From the sequence record OU343167.1: DNA of 64,000 nucleotides, one strand, 5' to 3'. The number at the start of each line of letters is the position of its first letter. The first letter of the stretch is position 1. Position numbers and translations under genes: made by a program. The notes beneath the pieces are model-generated. The model was not told where the DNA came from. It ran no database searches and worked only from the letters and a program-made list of their open reading frames with translations. Below, piece by piece: positions 43,136 to 52,628 of this stretch.

Positions 43136-43531
43136 ATGAGTACTCGATTAAACTCCGTGTTTGTTGATCTTGAATACTATTTCCGTGGAACCTATTCTGA
43201 GCGCTTTAAATCACTTCGTAAGAATGGTATTGAAGCATTGGAATTCACAGACGTAGATATTGAAAGTATTATCAACGGTGATACACAAAAAGATGCAGAC
43301 ACACTAAAGTTTTATAAAGAAACTTGGTTAGAAAAACCAAGACATGTCTGTTTCACCATCTTCGAAAAACAAAGAAACCGTGTCTTAGTCGAGCTGCATG
43401 TTGAACTCGATAAGAAACGTATATATTGGAAGAAACCTATTACGCGTTGGAACATGCCTAATTTTAAGCTACGTCTTAAGATAGTACAGGATACATCTAA
43501 ACGTAATTGGTCGGGATCGGAGCAATTATAA
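43136..43531 (+). CDS. Hypothetical protein
   Basis: GAGGA RBS. Confidence 0.6.
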   Translation: MSTRLNSVFVDLEYYFRGTYSERFKSLRKNGIEALEFTDVDIESIINGDTQKDADTLKFYKETWLEKPRHVCFTIFEKQRNRVLVELHVELDKKRIYWKKPITRWNMPNFKLRLKIVQDTSKRNWSGSEQL

Positions 43532-43956
43532 TGTCGGCACAACGTGTTATTATACCAATGTACCACGGGGTAAAAGGGGACTTGAAGCAGTTCTTCTATT
43601 CACGTGATGGTAATTTAAAATTAACTGAAGTGTTTTGGCTAGTACCAGTAGCTGTCTTCACTCCAGATGGATTAAACGTTTTCGAATTCAAGACAATACC
43701 TACAACTGCTCGATACGAAAACAATCTTACGTTCGAGGTTTGGGATAAGCTTCGTAATAGTACGCCTAAACTTGTAGCTACTGTAAAAATCGACACCATT
43801 GCAGATACTTATGTTGTTGAAGTTTCTGAGCGATATATGAAAAACCGTTTCACGATGGAATTTAATTTAATTATCGCAAATCGAGAACCTGATCCAGCTC
43901 TGCTGTATCGGAACAATACCCATCATGGCGACATTCACTATAAAGGTAAACTTTAA
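43531..43956 (+). CDS. Hypothetical protein
   Basis: TAATG coupling plus GGAG RBS. Confidence 0.6.
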   Translation: MSAQRVIIPMYHGVKGDLKQFFYSRDGNLKLTEVFWLVPVAVFTPDGLNVFEFKTIPTTARYENNLTFEVWDKLRNSTPKLVATVKIDTIADTYVVEVSERYMKNRFTMEFNLIIANREPDPALLYRNNTHHGDIHYKGKL

Positions 43957-44120
43957 TGGGTGATAAGAGTGAACGTATAGCTCTACTAGAGCAGCGTTTA
44001 GACGATATGGCGATCCAGTTTGAATCTATAGTAAAAATGCTAAGTGAATCAAGACGGATCATCGAACGCCAGCAGACAGCATTGGCTAGTTTGCAACGTA
44101 AAGTTAATCGCAAGTCCTAG
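43956..44120 (+). CDS. Small coiled-coil protein (54 aa), missed by ORF track
   Basis: TAATG overlap; MGDKSERIALLEQRLDDMAIQFESIVKMLSESRRIIERQQTALASLQRKVNRKS; fills the gap exactly. Confidence 0.65.
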   Translation: MGDKSERIALLEQRLDDMAIQFESIVKMLSESRRIIERQQTALASLQRKVNRKS

Positions 44121-44128
44121 GAGAGCAT

Positions 44129-44629
44129 ATGTCCGTAAACATTCATCAATTCTCGCACGGCCTGTCGTTCTGCACTGCTGTTATTCAGTATCACAAACTC
44201 GTGACATTCATACAACAGCATACAGAATCTAATTCACTCTCCATCGAGAAAGGGTCAAGTCTATATACGCAGTTTATTGAGTGGTTCAATAATAACTGCG
44301 AGTGGATTCCATCAACTGCAAAGTCGGATCCAGAACTAATTCGTTTTATGGTATCCGCCGATGTTTCTGGTTATGATGACCCTAGATCCATTGTTTACGA
44401 AACAACAAGTCAGCTCTATGGAATAAATGGTAGGGGTCTTCTGACTGAACATGCTATAAATTCAATGGTTGAGAACGTTAAAGAATATTTCGAGAGTAAC
44501 AACTCTAATGTCATATTTGGAGACGAGAATACATTTATTGAACTTATTACAGATGGGACACCCAATGGAACTAAGATGTATTCCATTGTCTTCATCGACG
44601 TTAATGAGGCTACCCCAAAGAAAGAATAA
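44129..44629 (+). CDS. Hypothetical protein
   Basis: AGGAG RBS. Confidence 0.65.
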   Translation: MSVNIHQFSHGLSFCTAVIQYHKLVTFIQQHTESNSLSIEKGSSLYTQFIEWFNNNCEWIPSTAKSDPELIRFMVSADVSGYDDPRSIVYETTSQLYGINGRGLLTEHAINSMVENVKEYFESNNSNVIFGDENTFIELITDGTPNGTKMYSIVFIDVNEATPKKE

Positions 44630-44681
44630 GATACGCTGTAGTGTATTATATTCTGACCTAACAACCAAAGGTACCAACGTG

Positions 44682-45047
44682 ATGCAATGTTTTACACACG
44701 TAATGCGGCTAATGGTTGTAGCTGGAATCTTAATGGTTCCACTGCAAGCTGAAGCTACAGAGGTGCGTGTCGATGAGGTTTATTGTGAAGCACTAGCACT
44801 AGCTGCTCATGCTACAGCAGAAGCCCGCGGCCGTTCTGAACCCATTGCAAAATGGAAACAGAACCTCCTTGCCCTAAAGGGATACGGTGTGAAGGACAAA
44901 GATAACGTTCTTTACAAAATCCTGCCCAAAGCTATTCAAGACGTCCGTGGTATATACGACGCTAAGGATAGTCCGCGAGACGCATACATGGCATCGTTTG
45001 ATTCATGCATGTCTGAAGATTACGGCAAAATGGTCGTGATTAGGTAA
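44682..45047 (+). CDS. Putative periplasmic protein (signal peptide ending AEA, two Cys)
   Basis: MQCFTHVMRLMVVAGILMVPLQAEA; terminator GCCCTCCC-TTCG-GGAGGGC at 45059-45077. Confidence 0.65.
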   Translation: MQCFTHVMRLMVVAGILMVPLQAEATEVRVDEVYCEALALAAHATAEARGRSEPIAKWKQNLLALKGYGVKDKDNVLYKILPKAIQDVRGIYDAKDSPRDAYMASFDSCMSEDYGKMVVIR

Positions 45048-45110
45048 TGGTACATTTGGCCCTCCCTTCGGGGAGGGCTATATGTCGTTTTTTTTTATTT
45101 ACTTACGCTA

Positions 45111-45136
45111 AAAAATATCTCAGATCTACATCATGT
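45111..45136 (+). promoter_or_regulatory. Putative early promoter AAAAATATCTCAGATCTACATCAT
   Basis: Same architecture as the 12419/29512/56986 motifs; follows a terminator. Confidence 0.55.
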
Positions 45137-45171
45137 GTTTGATCCCCCTACACACCCAACGAGGAAAATCA

Positions 45172-45687
45172 ATGTCTTTTATATCTGCGGAATCTTTCAC
45201 TAATTGGAAGTTCTATAAGGAACTGAGAAAACAGCATCGCGAACATTTACAACTGTGTCGCCACCGAGCAATTTTGTTCTTTGGCGATGTAATAGGTAGA
45301 CCCAGGTTGCATATTGATGGTATTTTATTCAAAGATCTATTTGTCATTCCAGATGTCTTCGTTGTAAGTGGTGGTGACGAGGATTCATTCGATCATCGAC
45401 TGGAAGAACTGGACAAAGAAATATGTGTGATCATGAACAATGTCTTCGTACAGCTTGAAGCGGAAGCTATCAATGATTACTACAAAAGTTCTTCACGAGG
45501 TATTACTATTCGTCCTAATGGAGAAACTCCAGTAAAAGACGATGTTGTTATTGGTGAAGGGAAAATTTATATCTGTGATGGCAATGGCAATCTAAACTTA
45601 CTTTCGAACGAACCTGGTGTAGTCTATGCGTCGACAACTCCATGGTATCTTAAGCCATGGAATTTCATAAAGAACATGTTCCGTTGA
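45172..45687 (+). CDS. Hypothetical protein
   Basis: GAGGA RBS before ATG 45172. Confidence 0.6.
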   Translation: MSFISAESFTNWKFYKELRKQHREHLQLCRHRAILFFGDVIGRPRLHIDGILFKDLFVIPDVFVVSGGDEDSFDHRLEELDKEICVIMNNVFVQLEAEAINDYYKSSSRGITIRPNGETPVKDDVVIGEGKIYICDGNGNLNLLSNEPGVVYASTTPWYLKPWNFIKNMFR

Positions 45688-45694
45688 GGTAATC

Positions 45695-46126
45695 ATGTAT
45701 CCATTCCAGAAACCCAATGAGCTGCAACCACGTCATGAACTTGATGGTGATGTTATTACCAATCGTTGGGTTCCGGGTGTAGCACCGCGTACTTTAAAAG
45801 AACTCAAAGAAGTGCATGCTAACCTTCCCAAAGGTGATCTTAGTGCTCTCGATGAATTCAGCCGATCGGTTAGTCAATCCATCGATGCTTATCTCATTGA
45901 AGATAGCGATGAGTCTAATGCAGCTGTAAAGAAAATAATCTCGGAATCCAAGACATGGAACATTAGTGTCTATACGGGTACCCAGATCCATCACATACTC
46001 ACGGCCAATCCCAAAATGGCAAATGGTCCTGAAGATGTAGGTTACTTCAAGAAATACCGTGATCACATGTCTTCTCTCAATAAAGAAAAGAAACTGATCA
46101 CTTCTATCACTGAACGATTCCTTTAA
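45695..46126 (+). CDS. Hypothetical protein
   Basis: GAGGT RBS. Confidence 0.65.
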   Translation: MYPFQKPNELQPRHELDGDVITNRWVPGVAPRTLKELKEVHANLPKGDLSALDEFSRSVSQSIDAYLIEDSDESNAAVKKIISESKTWNISVYTGTQIHHILTANPKMANGPEDVGYFKKYRDHMSSLNKEKKLITSITERFL

Positions 46127-46140
46127 TCTGGAGACTCAAA

Positions 46141-46938
46141 ATGATCAAACTCACTTCCGCACTGAATCAAAAACTGGTTGAAGCATACTACAACTGGAAT
46201 GCTGATAACAACATGTACCGCTTCGACTGTGTTATCGATGTAGGTTATCTGGCAGAACCGCTTCGTAAAATCATGATGCGTTCGAAAGATTTCAATGCCA
46301 CTAATGGTACCATCGTTCTCAATCTGTCGGTAAATGCGTGCCGCCACATTGATTATTCGGGTGATTGCTTCTATGGTGAAATTGCTTTCTCGGGTATGCC
46401 TACTCGTTTGCATCTGCCATGGCATTCTTTCATTGGTGTGAATGTGCAGATCTCTGAGAATGCAAGTGTGTTCTCTCCGTTCCCTAATGTCGATCGGATT
46501 TTGTTTGATGCCGAGAATCCGACGTATGTTCATCCCTTCCGCGATATTGCTAATGGTGCGCCTGGTACCGTCAGCATTGATATCGTAGATGTAATGGCAT
46601 GGCTGGCAGAGAAGGGAATCACCGATGTTCCCGTAGAGAAAGCGCTTGAACATATACAGCACATGGTTAGCAACGATGACGATTTGTTCTCTCAGTTCTT
46701 GTCCTATGTTTCCGAACGTGCAAATACTCGGAAACTAAAAGAACTGGAAGAAGCTGAAGATTTCATTGCTAATCAACCTGGTGTGGAGGTTAGTCCGATC
46801 AAGAAATCCCCCGAACTGAAGGTTGTTGATAAACCTCTTCTCGACTTTGGCGATCTTCCCGGTGCACCAGTTAATGTTGCTCCATCCCGTTATAAAGGCA
46901 AGCCGAAGCTTACCGTAATTAAAGGAGGTAAAAAGTAA
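46141..46938 (+). CDS. SspB-like ClpXP adaptor homolog
   Basis: EAYYNWNADN, GTIVLNLSVNAC, FSGMPTRLHLPW align with recalled E. coli SspB (AFYEWLLDN, GQIVLNIAPRA, FGGIPRQVSVP); C-terminal KPKLTVIK resembles the XB motif RPALRVVK. Confidence 0.75.
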   Translation: MIKLTSALNQKLVEAYYNWNADNNMYRFDCVIDVGYLAEPLRKIMMRSKDFNATNGTIVLNLSVNACRHIDYSGDCFYGEIAFSGMPTRLHLPWHSFIGVNVQISENASVFSPFPNVDRILFDAENPTYVHPFRDIANGAPGTVSIDIVDVMAWLAEKGITDVPVEKALEHIQHMVSNDDDLFSQFLSYVSERANTRKLKELEEAEDFIANQPGVEVSPIKKSPELKVVDKPLLDFGDLPGAPVNVAPSRYKGKPKLTVIKGGKK

Positions 46939-47186
46939 TGTCTCTTGCAGGAGCTATTCTCATTAGCACTACTATTGTCTCTGGTATTTATGCTGGTGGT
47001 TCTTCTGAAACCACCACTAAGATGGAAAGCATTGACTCCTGTTGGAAAGCTGTAGGTGCTATTCAAGATACAACAGCAGCGAATGGAACTAAAGTTAAAG
47101 TCGTTCGTACTCAGGCCGGTGTGGTTCTGGAATACGAATTCGATAATAAAAACATTCGTCGCGAAATGTCATGCGTTTCAATGTAA
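46938..47186 (+). CDS. Small exported/membrane hypothetical protein
   Basis: GGAGGT RBS, TAATG coupling; hydrophobic N-terminus, Cys pair. Confidence 0.65.
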   Translation: MSLAGAILISTTIVSGIYAGGSSETTTKMESIDSCWKAVGAIQDTTAANGTKVKVVRTQAGVVLEYEFDNKNIRREMSCVSM

Positions 47187-47270
47187 TATTATGTAGTTGA
47201 TCGTAAAGGTCAGCGCACCGGGGCTCCTTCGGGAGCTCCATCTATTTTCTTTTTGTCGTGAGGTATAGAA

Positions 47271-48026
47271 ATGACATCTCCATTCGTAATGTCCCGTATC
47301 CATAAAGAGATCGCTGATGGTCTTTCTCTTGGTACTGTAGATATCGGACGCAAACCACTGGAGTTCGTATTTTGCACCCCCAGTTATGAAGAGTTTCAAG
47401 AACTCGTAGCTATCTCTGATTTTGTCAAGCAACTTGGACATGACCTTAAAGTGTTTCATGGTACGCTTGATGCACTCGGAGACCACGCGGACGAGTTTGA
47501 CTACTACATGACCGCGGGTAACTCATACGGGCATATGACCGGTGGATATGATGGTGCCCTAGCTGCCCGTTTTGTTAACATGCAGAAAAATGTGGTTCAC
47601 GATATCAATCGTTTCCACAACGGTGAGTTAAACGTAGGTTCCTGTGCTTGCGTTCAATTCACCAAACTTAATGGTATCACTGCAACACTCCTGTACACCC
47701 CTACGATGCGTGTTCCTCGCAGGCTACCCAAAGGTTCGGATGTTCCGTATCTAGCCTCTAAGGCAGCCCTCGATGGCATTGCTGGATGTGAATGGTACGG
47801 TAAACAAAAGAAAGATTCTTTCCGTGTCCTCGGTTGCCTGATGGGAACCGGCACTGGTGTTATTCCAGCCCGAGTAGCTGTAACCCAATTTGCAATTGCG
47901 TTGTACAACTATACTTACCCGTCCAATGTAGAGAAGCTGTTTAAGGACGGTCAACGTACTGACAACGCTATTCGTGAAACCTGGAAAGAAGAGGGCGGGT
48001 TCTGGAAACTTCGTCTTGAGGAATAA
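47271..48026 (+). CDS. Macrodomain protein (ADP-ribose binding/hydrolase)
   Basis: TAGNSYGHMTGGYDGAL, VGSC, YTPTMRVP, MGTGTG motifs of phage Appr-1''-p processing macrodomains. Confidence 0.8.
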   Translation: MTSPFVMSRIHKEIADGLSLGTVDIGRKPLEFVFCTPSYEEFQELVAISDFVKQLGHDLKVFHGTLDALGDHADEFDYYMTAGNSYGHMTGGYDGALAARFVNMQKNVVHDINRFHNGELNVGSCACVQFTKLNGITATLLYTPTMRVPRRLPKGSDVPYLASKAALDGIAGCEWYGKQKKDSFRVLGCLMGTGTGVIPARVAVTQFAIALYNYTYPSNVEKLFKDGQRTDNAIRETWKEEGGFWKLRLEE

Positions 48027-48028
48027 AC

Positions 48029-48295
48029 ATGGCATCCTTAATTAGCTATACCCCTGTTGAACGCAAACGAGAATTCGATCTGAAGTACAAACACAATAAT
48101 AACATCCACTTCGTTATCGACAACAGTCACACTGGTAATATGCCGGTCGTGGAATCAGTTGCAGATGGGTTTAAAGTCATCTGTACGGATTATCAGAATT
48201 TCAATATGCACCGCCGTGACGAAAGTCCATATTGGGATCATTTCTACGAAGTAGCTGGTATCCCGAAATCCTACGACCCTGAGGAAAAGAAATGA
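48029..48295 (+). CDS. Small hypothetical protein
   Basis: GAGG RBS; coupled gene run. Confidence 0.6.
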   Translation: MASLISYTPVERKREFDLKYKHNNNIHFVIDNSHTGNMPVVESVADGFKVICTDYQNFNMHRRDESPYWDHFYEVAGIPKSYDPEEKK

Positions 48296-48600
48296 TTAGT
48301 TACGTTGCTGAAAGCACCACTGAAGATTCGCTGGTTAAATACAAAGTCGACTTCGGTACTATTCCAACTCCCCGTAAACTGATTGCCATTAAGCAAAATG
48401 ATGAAGTTTTCGAACTGGGTGAAATCAACACTGATGATAACACTTATCAGTATTACGATAAACGTAATAACCTAGTCGTAGCTGTTGTCAAATATGATGA
48501 ATTCAATAACAGTATTCGTCTTCTTACCGAACGTAAACACACTGAGAATTATGAATTCATATTCGGTCCTCACTCGGTGAAATTCAAAGGTGAAAAATGA
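48292..48600 (+). CDS. Small hypothetical protein
   Basis: ATGA overlap. Confidence 0.6.
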   Translation: MISYVAESTTEDSLVKYKVDFGTIPTPRKLIAIKQNDEVFELGEINTDDNTYQYYDKRNNLVVAVVKYDEFNNSIRLLTERKHTENYEFIFGPHSVKFKGEK

Positions 48601-49001
48601 ACAATCCAACCGTAAACGCTTTACCTCTTCCAACTACTAATGAAGTCAAATTTTTGTTGACTCCGTTCAACAATTATAAACTGACTGTACCGCCGTCTCG
48701 TGGTCACTACTTCATCGGGTTGACTGAAGTCACTGCTTACATTAACCCAGGTAACATGGGTATCATCGTACCCAGTTGCGATCACCTGATGGGTATCTCT
48801 CGCACTAGCAATAGTTCAGGCGATTACACCGAAGTTCAATACATGGCAACTGATGAACTTGTTCCGAACGGTGCTCGCGTGTGGGTTGATGGCGGTAGTA
48901 TCCATTATGAATCTGATGGTGATGACGCCCGTGCCGAATCTGGTATCATTCTCCAAGTAACTGCAAAGTTCCTAAAGGTAGTTGAAGATGACAATCTCTG
49001 A
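48597..49001 (+). CDS. Hypothetical protein
   Basis: ATGA overlap. Confidence 0.6.
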   Translation: MNNPTVNALPLPTTNEVKFLLTPFNNYKLTVPPSRGHYFIGLTEVTAYINPGNMGIIVPSCDHLMGISRTSNSSGDYTEVQYMATDELVPNGARVWVDGGSIHYESDGDDARAESGIILQVTAKFLKVVEDDNL

Positions 49002-49326
49002 AATCGTAAGTCGTAACCTACTGCAATCCACTGGTGCTTGGGCAGTCGTCCATAACCGTGCTACCATGGACTTCATTGCTATCGGTCATGACCGTAAGGT
49101 TATTAAAGGTATCAGTCTGGGTTATCCGGTGAATGTTGGTGATGTCGATTTCAGTCATGTCGTGGATGTCCCCATGACCTTCGAAATCAGTTATCAAAAT
49201 GATCCTCATCTGGGTCATCCTACTGGTAATATGGAAGCTCTTCTGAAAGCTATTGAAGAAACTACCCATAAAACTCTAGGTCTTCCTAGCAAGCTGACCG
49301 CGGCTTCTAACGATGGAGGTGTTTAA
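48988..49326 (+). CDS. Hypothetical protein
   Basis: Coupled to thyA by TAATG. Confidence 0.55.
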   Translation: MTISEIVSRNLLQSTGAWAVVHNRATMDFIAIGHDRKVIKGISLGYPVNVGDVDFSHVVDVPMTFEISYQNDPHLGHPTGNMEALLKAIEETTHKTLGLPSKLTAASNDGGV

Positions 49327-50756
49327 TGCATCAGTATCTACAACTACTTGAAGATACCCAGAAGTACGGTGTATTTAAAGGTGACCGTACTGGTACGGGT
49401 ACTACCTCTTTGTTCGGTAGACAGTTCCGCTATGATCTTCGTAACGGTAACCTCCCTGTAGTGACCACCAAGAAGATTCATCTTCCGTCGGTTGAAGAAG
49501 AACTCAACTGGATGAAATCGGGGGATACTCGTCTTGAGTATCTCCTGAGCAAGAACGTTACCATTTGGAATGAATGGGTTAAGCCAGGTACTGAAGTATT
49601 TGAAATTGTTTCTGATGAGTGGTTAACCACGGTTGTTCAGAAAAAGTTCAAAAACGTTCCATTTGAAATGCACTTCAGTAATGAGATCGGCGATGTTGAT
49701 TGGAAGTGGCTTGAACCCGAGCAGGGTACCCCAGCTAAACTTCTGATTAATCTGAAGACGTGGGCCGATACGGAACGCTTTGGTCCTGGTCCTAGTGCTT
49801 ATGATTATTACGGCATGGCTCTACGTGTTTATCGCATCACTATTGGCGATGCAAAGATCGTAGTCAAAGACAAAGATGGTTCTCTTGTTGCTTACCGTTT
49901 GATCGGTGGTGACCTTGGTCCTGTCTACGGCAAGACATGGCGTGATATCGATGACGTTCGGATTGTCCCCAAAGTCGACTGGGTTAACTACGAGAAACGT
50001 GGTTTTAAATTCGTGGTAGATGTACCTGGTGAAGACTATACTAAAGACGAGTGTGTTATTCGTCGACGTGTGGATCAGGTTCAGGAACTCTTGTATCAAC
50101 TGGAGCATAATCCGGATAGTCGTCGTCTGATTATCTGCGCTTGGGATCCTCGGTTGGTTGAAGATCAAGCACTGCCTCCATGCCACGCATTTATTCAGTT
50201 CTGGACTCGTGAGCTGTCTGTAGATGAACGAGTGCAAGCGCTAGACCAAACCCAGTTCGAAGCTGATGCTTATCATGATCAGATTAGCGGTGGGACTACT
50301 CGCGGTCAACCTCCGTTCGGTAGTGCTGAACAGGTTAAAGCACATCTGCGTATCTGGCGCGGTGATAAACAGGCTACAGATGAAGCAGTGGTTGAATGGC
50401 TGGATCAGCATGGTGCTCCGAAACGAGCTATCAGTTGCCAACTCTATCAAAGATCGGCGGACGAATTTTTGGGCGTGCCCTTTAACATCATGTTCTATTC
50501 GCTGATGACTCATCAATTGGCGAACCAGTTTAACATGGTAGCAGAAGAGTTCATCTGGACTGGTGGTGACTGTCACATCTACAGTAACCATGAGGAACAG
50601 GTTACTCTGCAACGTTCGCGGAATACTTATCCTACTCCTACCATCCGCTTCAAGCCTGAGGCCAAAGGTAAACCTTTCCTTGATATCACTCGGGAAGATT
50701 ACGAGATTCTGGATTATCAGTTCCATCCGCACATTGCTGGTAAAGTTGCTGTTTAA
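49326..50756 (+). CDS. thyA: Thymidylate synthase A with large insertions
   Basis: DRTGTGT, LGPVYG, catalytic LPPCH, YQRSADEFLGVPFN, GGDCHIY. Confidence 0.95.
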   Translation: MHQYLQLLEDTQKYGVFKGDRTGTGTTSLFGRQFRYDLRNGNLPVVTTKKIHLPSVEEELNWMKSGDTRLEYLLSKNVTIWNEWVKPGTEVFEIVSDEWLTTVVQKKFKNVPFEMHFSNEIGDVDWKWLEPEQGTPAKLLINLKTWADTERFGPGPSAYDYYGMALRVYRITIGDAKIVVKDKDGSLVAYRLIGGDLGPVYGKTWRDIDDVRIVPKVDWVNYEKRGFKFVVDVPGEDYTKDECVIRRRVDQVQELLYQLEHNPDSRRLIICAWDPRLVEDQALPPCHAFIQFWTRELSVDERVQALDQTQFEADAYHDQISGGTTRGQPPFGSAEQVKAHLRIWRGDKQATDEAVVEWLDQHGAPKRAISCQLYQRSADEFLGVPFNIMFYSLMTHQLANQFNMVAEEFIWTGGDCHIYSNHEEQVTLQRSRNTYPTPTIRFKPEAKGKPFLDITREDYEILDYQFHPHIAGKVAV

Positions 50757-50763
50757 CATAAAC

Positions 50764-50789
50764 GCCTCCCTTCGGGGAGGCTTTATTTT
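50764..50789 (+). terminator. Intrinsic terminator GCCTCCC-TTCG-GGGAGGC-TTTATTTT
   Basis: Identical to 9279 and 12388 hairpins. Confidence 0.85.
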
Positions 50790-50809
50790 CCTTTGGAGGT
50801 ATACTTCTT

Positions 50810-51217
50810 ATGAACAATATCGAACTTAAACATCAGCTTGAACTCGCCGTAGAACTGATGGGTGTAGACCCTGCTCCACTTAAAATCGGTATCGCTGGTG
50901 ATCGAGTTGATACTGCAACACGATGCGGTATTTTCAATGGGAAAGATCCGGGTAGAGAATTCAGTATCGGTCTTGGAATTGTTAGCCGAAAGCAATGGCT
51001 TGAACTCACTGATGATTCCCTGATTCTCAATAAACCAAATAAAGATCCGGTTGTCATTCCCTATGACGCTATCTATGAGTTGAACATTCCTCTGGAATAT
51101 GGCGAACAAGCAGAAAAAGAAGGTTGGATGTATTACAACCTTCTCGGGAAATCGATGTTCATGTATTTGGATACCGGTAAAGAAGAGAAACTTCAACTAG
51201 CTAAGGTAGAAGCCTGA
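50810..51217 (+). CDS. Hypothetical protein
   Basis: GGAGGT RBS. Confidence 0.7.
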   Translation: MNNIELKHQLELAVELMGVDPAPLKIGIAGDRVDTATRCGIFNGKDPGREFSIGLGIVSRKQWLELTDDSLILNKPNKDPVVIPYDAIYELNIPLEYGEQAEKEGWMYYNLLGKSMFMYLDTGKEEKLQLAKVEA

Positions 51218-52041
51218 TGGATCCACGACACCCAGTTAGCGATGAAATGCGCGCAACGGTAAACGCTGAACTTGACCGAATTGAGAGGAAGTACGGTGTA
51301 AAGATTATTTACGCTTGTGAGTCTGGTAGTCGTGGTTGGGGTTTTGCTTCTACTAACAGTGACTATGATGTTCGTTTCATCTACGTTAACCATCCGAGTC
51401 ATTACGTTCGTGTAGATAACGAAGGTCGTGACACTATCGAGGAGATGGTATCGAAAGAACTCGATCTAGCTGGTTGGAATATCACCAAGACTCTACAGTT
51501 GGCTTATAAGTCCAACCCAACTCTGTTGGAATGGCTAAACTCTCCGATCGTCTATCGGAAGAATCAATGGGACTACGATCTGATTCGTTCCTATGCCATC
51601 AAGCACTTCATTCCTGAATCGAGCTTCATGCATTATATCTCCATGGCCAAACAAACCAAGATGCGATGGCTGTCGGATGATAAGGTTCGAATGAAGAAAT
51701 ACTTCTATGCTTTGCGTCCTCTACTTGCAGCATTGTGGGTAGAGACCAGTCGTGAACATCCACCCATGGTGTTCCATGAACTGTTGCCTATTCTGTCTGA
51801 TCCTACTCTGTACAAGCGTATCCAAGAATTGGTTAACGCTAAGGTTGGAGCTACTGAGCAGGATCTCGTTGACCGTTGCCCAGTTCTTGATCGGTTCATT
51901 GATTTCCATCTGGCTAAAGATAAACCAAACTTCGGCGAATACGAACGTCCGGATATCTACAGGCTCAGTGAACTCGCTTGGCACTTCGTTGATCAATACA
52001 AGTTCGACACGTTCCAGTTACTACATGGTACTGAAAAATGA
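51217..52041 (+). CDS. Pol-beta-family nucleotidyltransferase, RlaP/YcgL-like
   Basis: ESGSRGWGFASTNSDYDVRFIY (GS..DxD), KSNPTLLEWL, KKYFYALRP. Confidence 0.85.
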   Translation: MDPRHPVSDEMRATVNAELDRIERKYGVKIIYACESGSRGWGFASTNSDYDVRFIYVNHPSHYVRVDNEGRDTIEEMVSKELDLAGWNITKTLQLAYKSNPTLLEWLNSPIVYRKNQWDYDLIRSYAIKHFIPESSFMHYISMAKQTKMRWLSDDKVRMKKYFYALRPLLAALWVETSREHPPMVFHELLPILSDPTLYKRIQELVNAKVGATEQDLVDRCPVLDRFIDFHLAKDKPNFGEYERPDIYRLSELAWHFVDQYKFDTFQLLHGTEK

Positions 52042-52628
52042 ACGGCGGATTAGAGATGGCTATTATAAATGCAGCAGCGGCACGTTCCCCACACGGTTAC
52101 AGTGAATCCATCGGCTGTAAGATAACTACCCGTAAGGAACCGTACGTGCCTATTTCCAAATGGGTTAAATTACGGTGTGTCGTATTGTATCTACTCTGTC
52201 TGTTATTCTTGAGTGGCGCAATCTACAACAGCTTGTATTCGGAATACGTAACCAAACGTAAGACGGAGGTGATTCTAACTTGGAAGTGGGAGGAATCTTA
52301 CAAGTACAAGAATGGCGTTTATACCGAACTAATGAGTCGTTGGGAAGGGAAGATGAAAGGAAAACCTTTCGTCTATGAAACCAAGCTGGATAATTACACC
52401 TATCACCATGTTCCCGTAGGTACAAATTATGTCCTCGATATCGCCCCGCGCGATGTTGATGAAGGTAATAGCCTATGGATTATCATGAGCTTGGTATGGG
52501 CAGCTTTAGCTGCCATCTTGGGTGGACCTGCAATGTGGTTCAGTGTGAGACCATGGTTTGTTGATGTAGAACTCCGGAGGAAAGAGAAAGAATGTGCTAT
52601 GAAAGAAGAATCATCCCACTCGCAATAA
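52038..52628 (+). CDS. Two-TM membrane protein
   Basis: Two hydrophobic helices (about aa 45-65 and 145-170). Confidence 0.65.
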   Translation: MNGGLEMAIINAAAARSPHGYSESIGCKITTRKEPYVPISKWVKLRCVVLYLLCLLFLSGAIYNSLYSEYVTKRKTEVILTWKWEESYKYKNGVYTELMSRWEGKMKGKPFVYETKLDNYTYHHVPVGTNYVLDIAPRDVDEGNSLWIIMSLVWAALAAILGGPAMWFSVRPWFVDVELRRKEKECAMKEESSHSQ

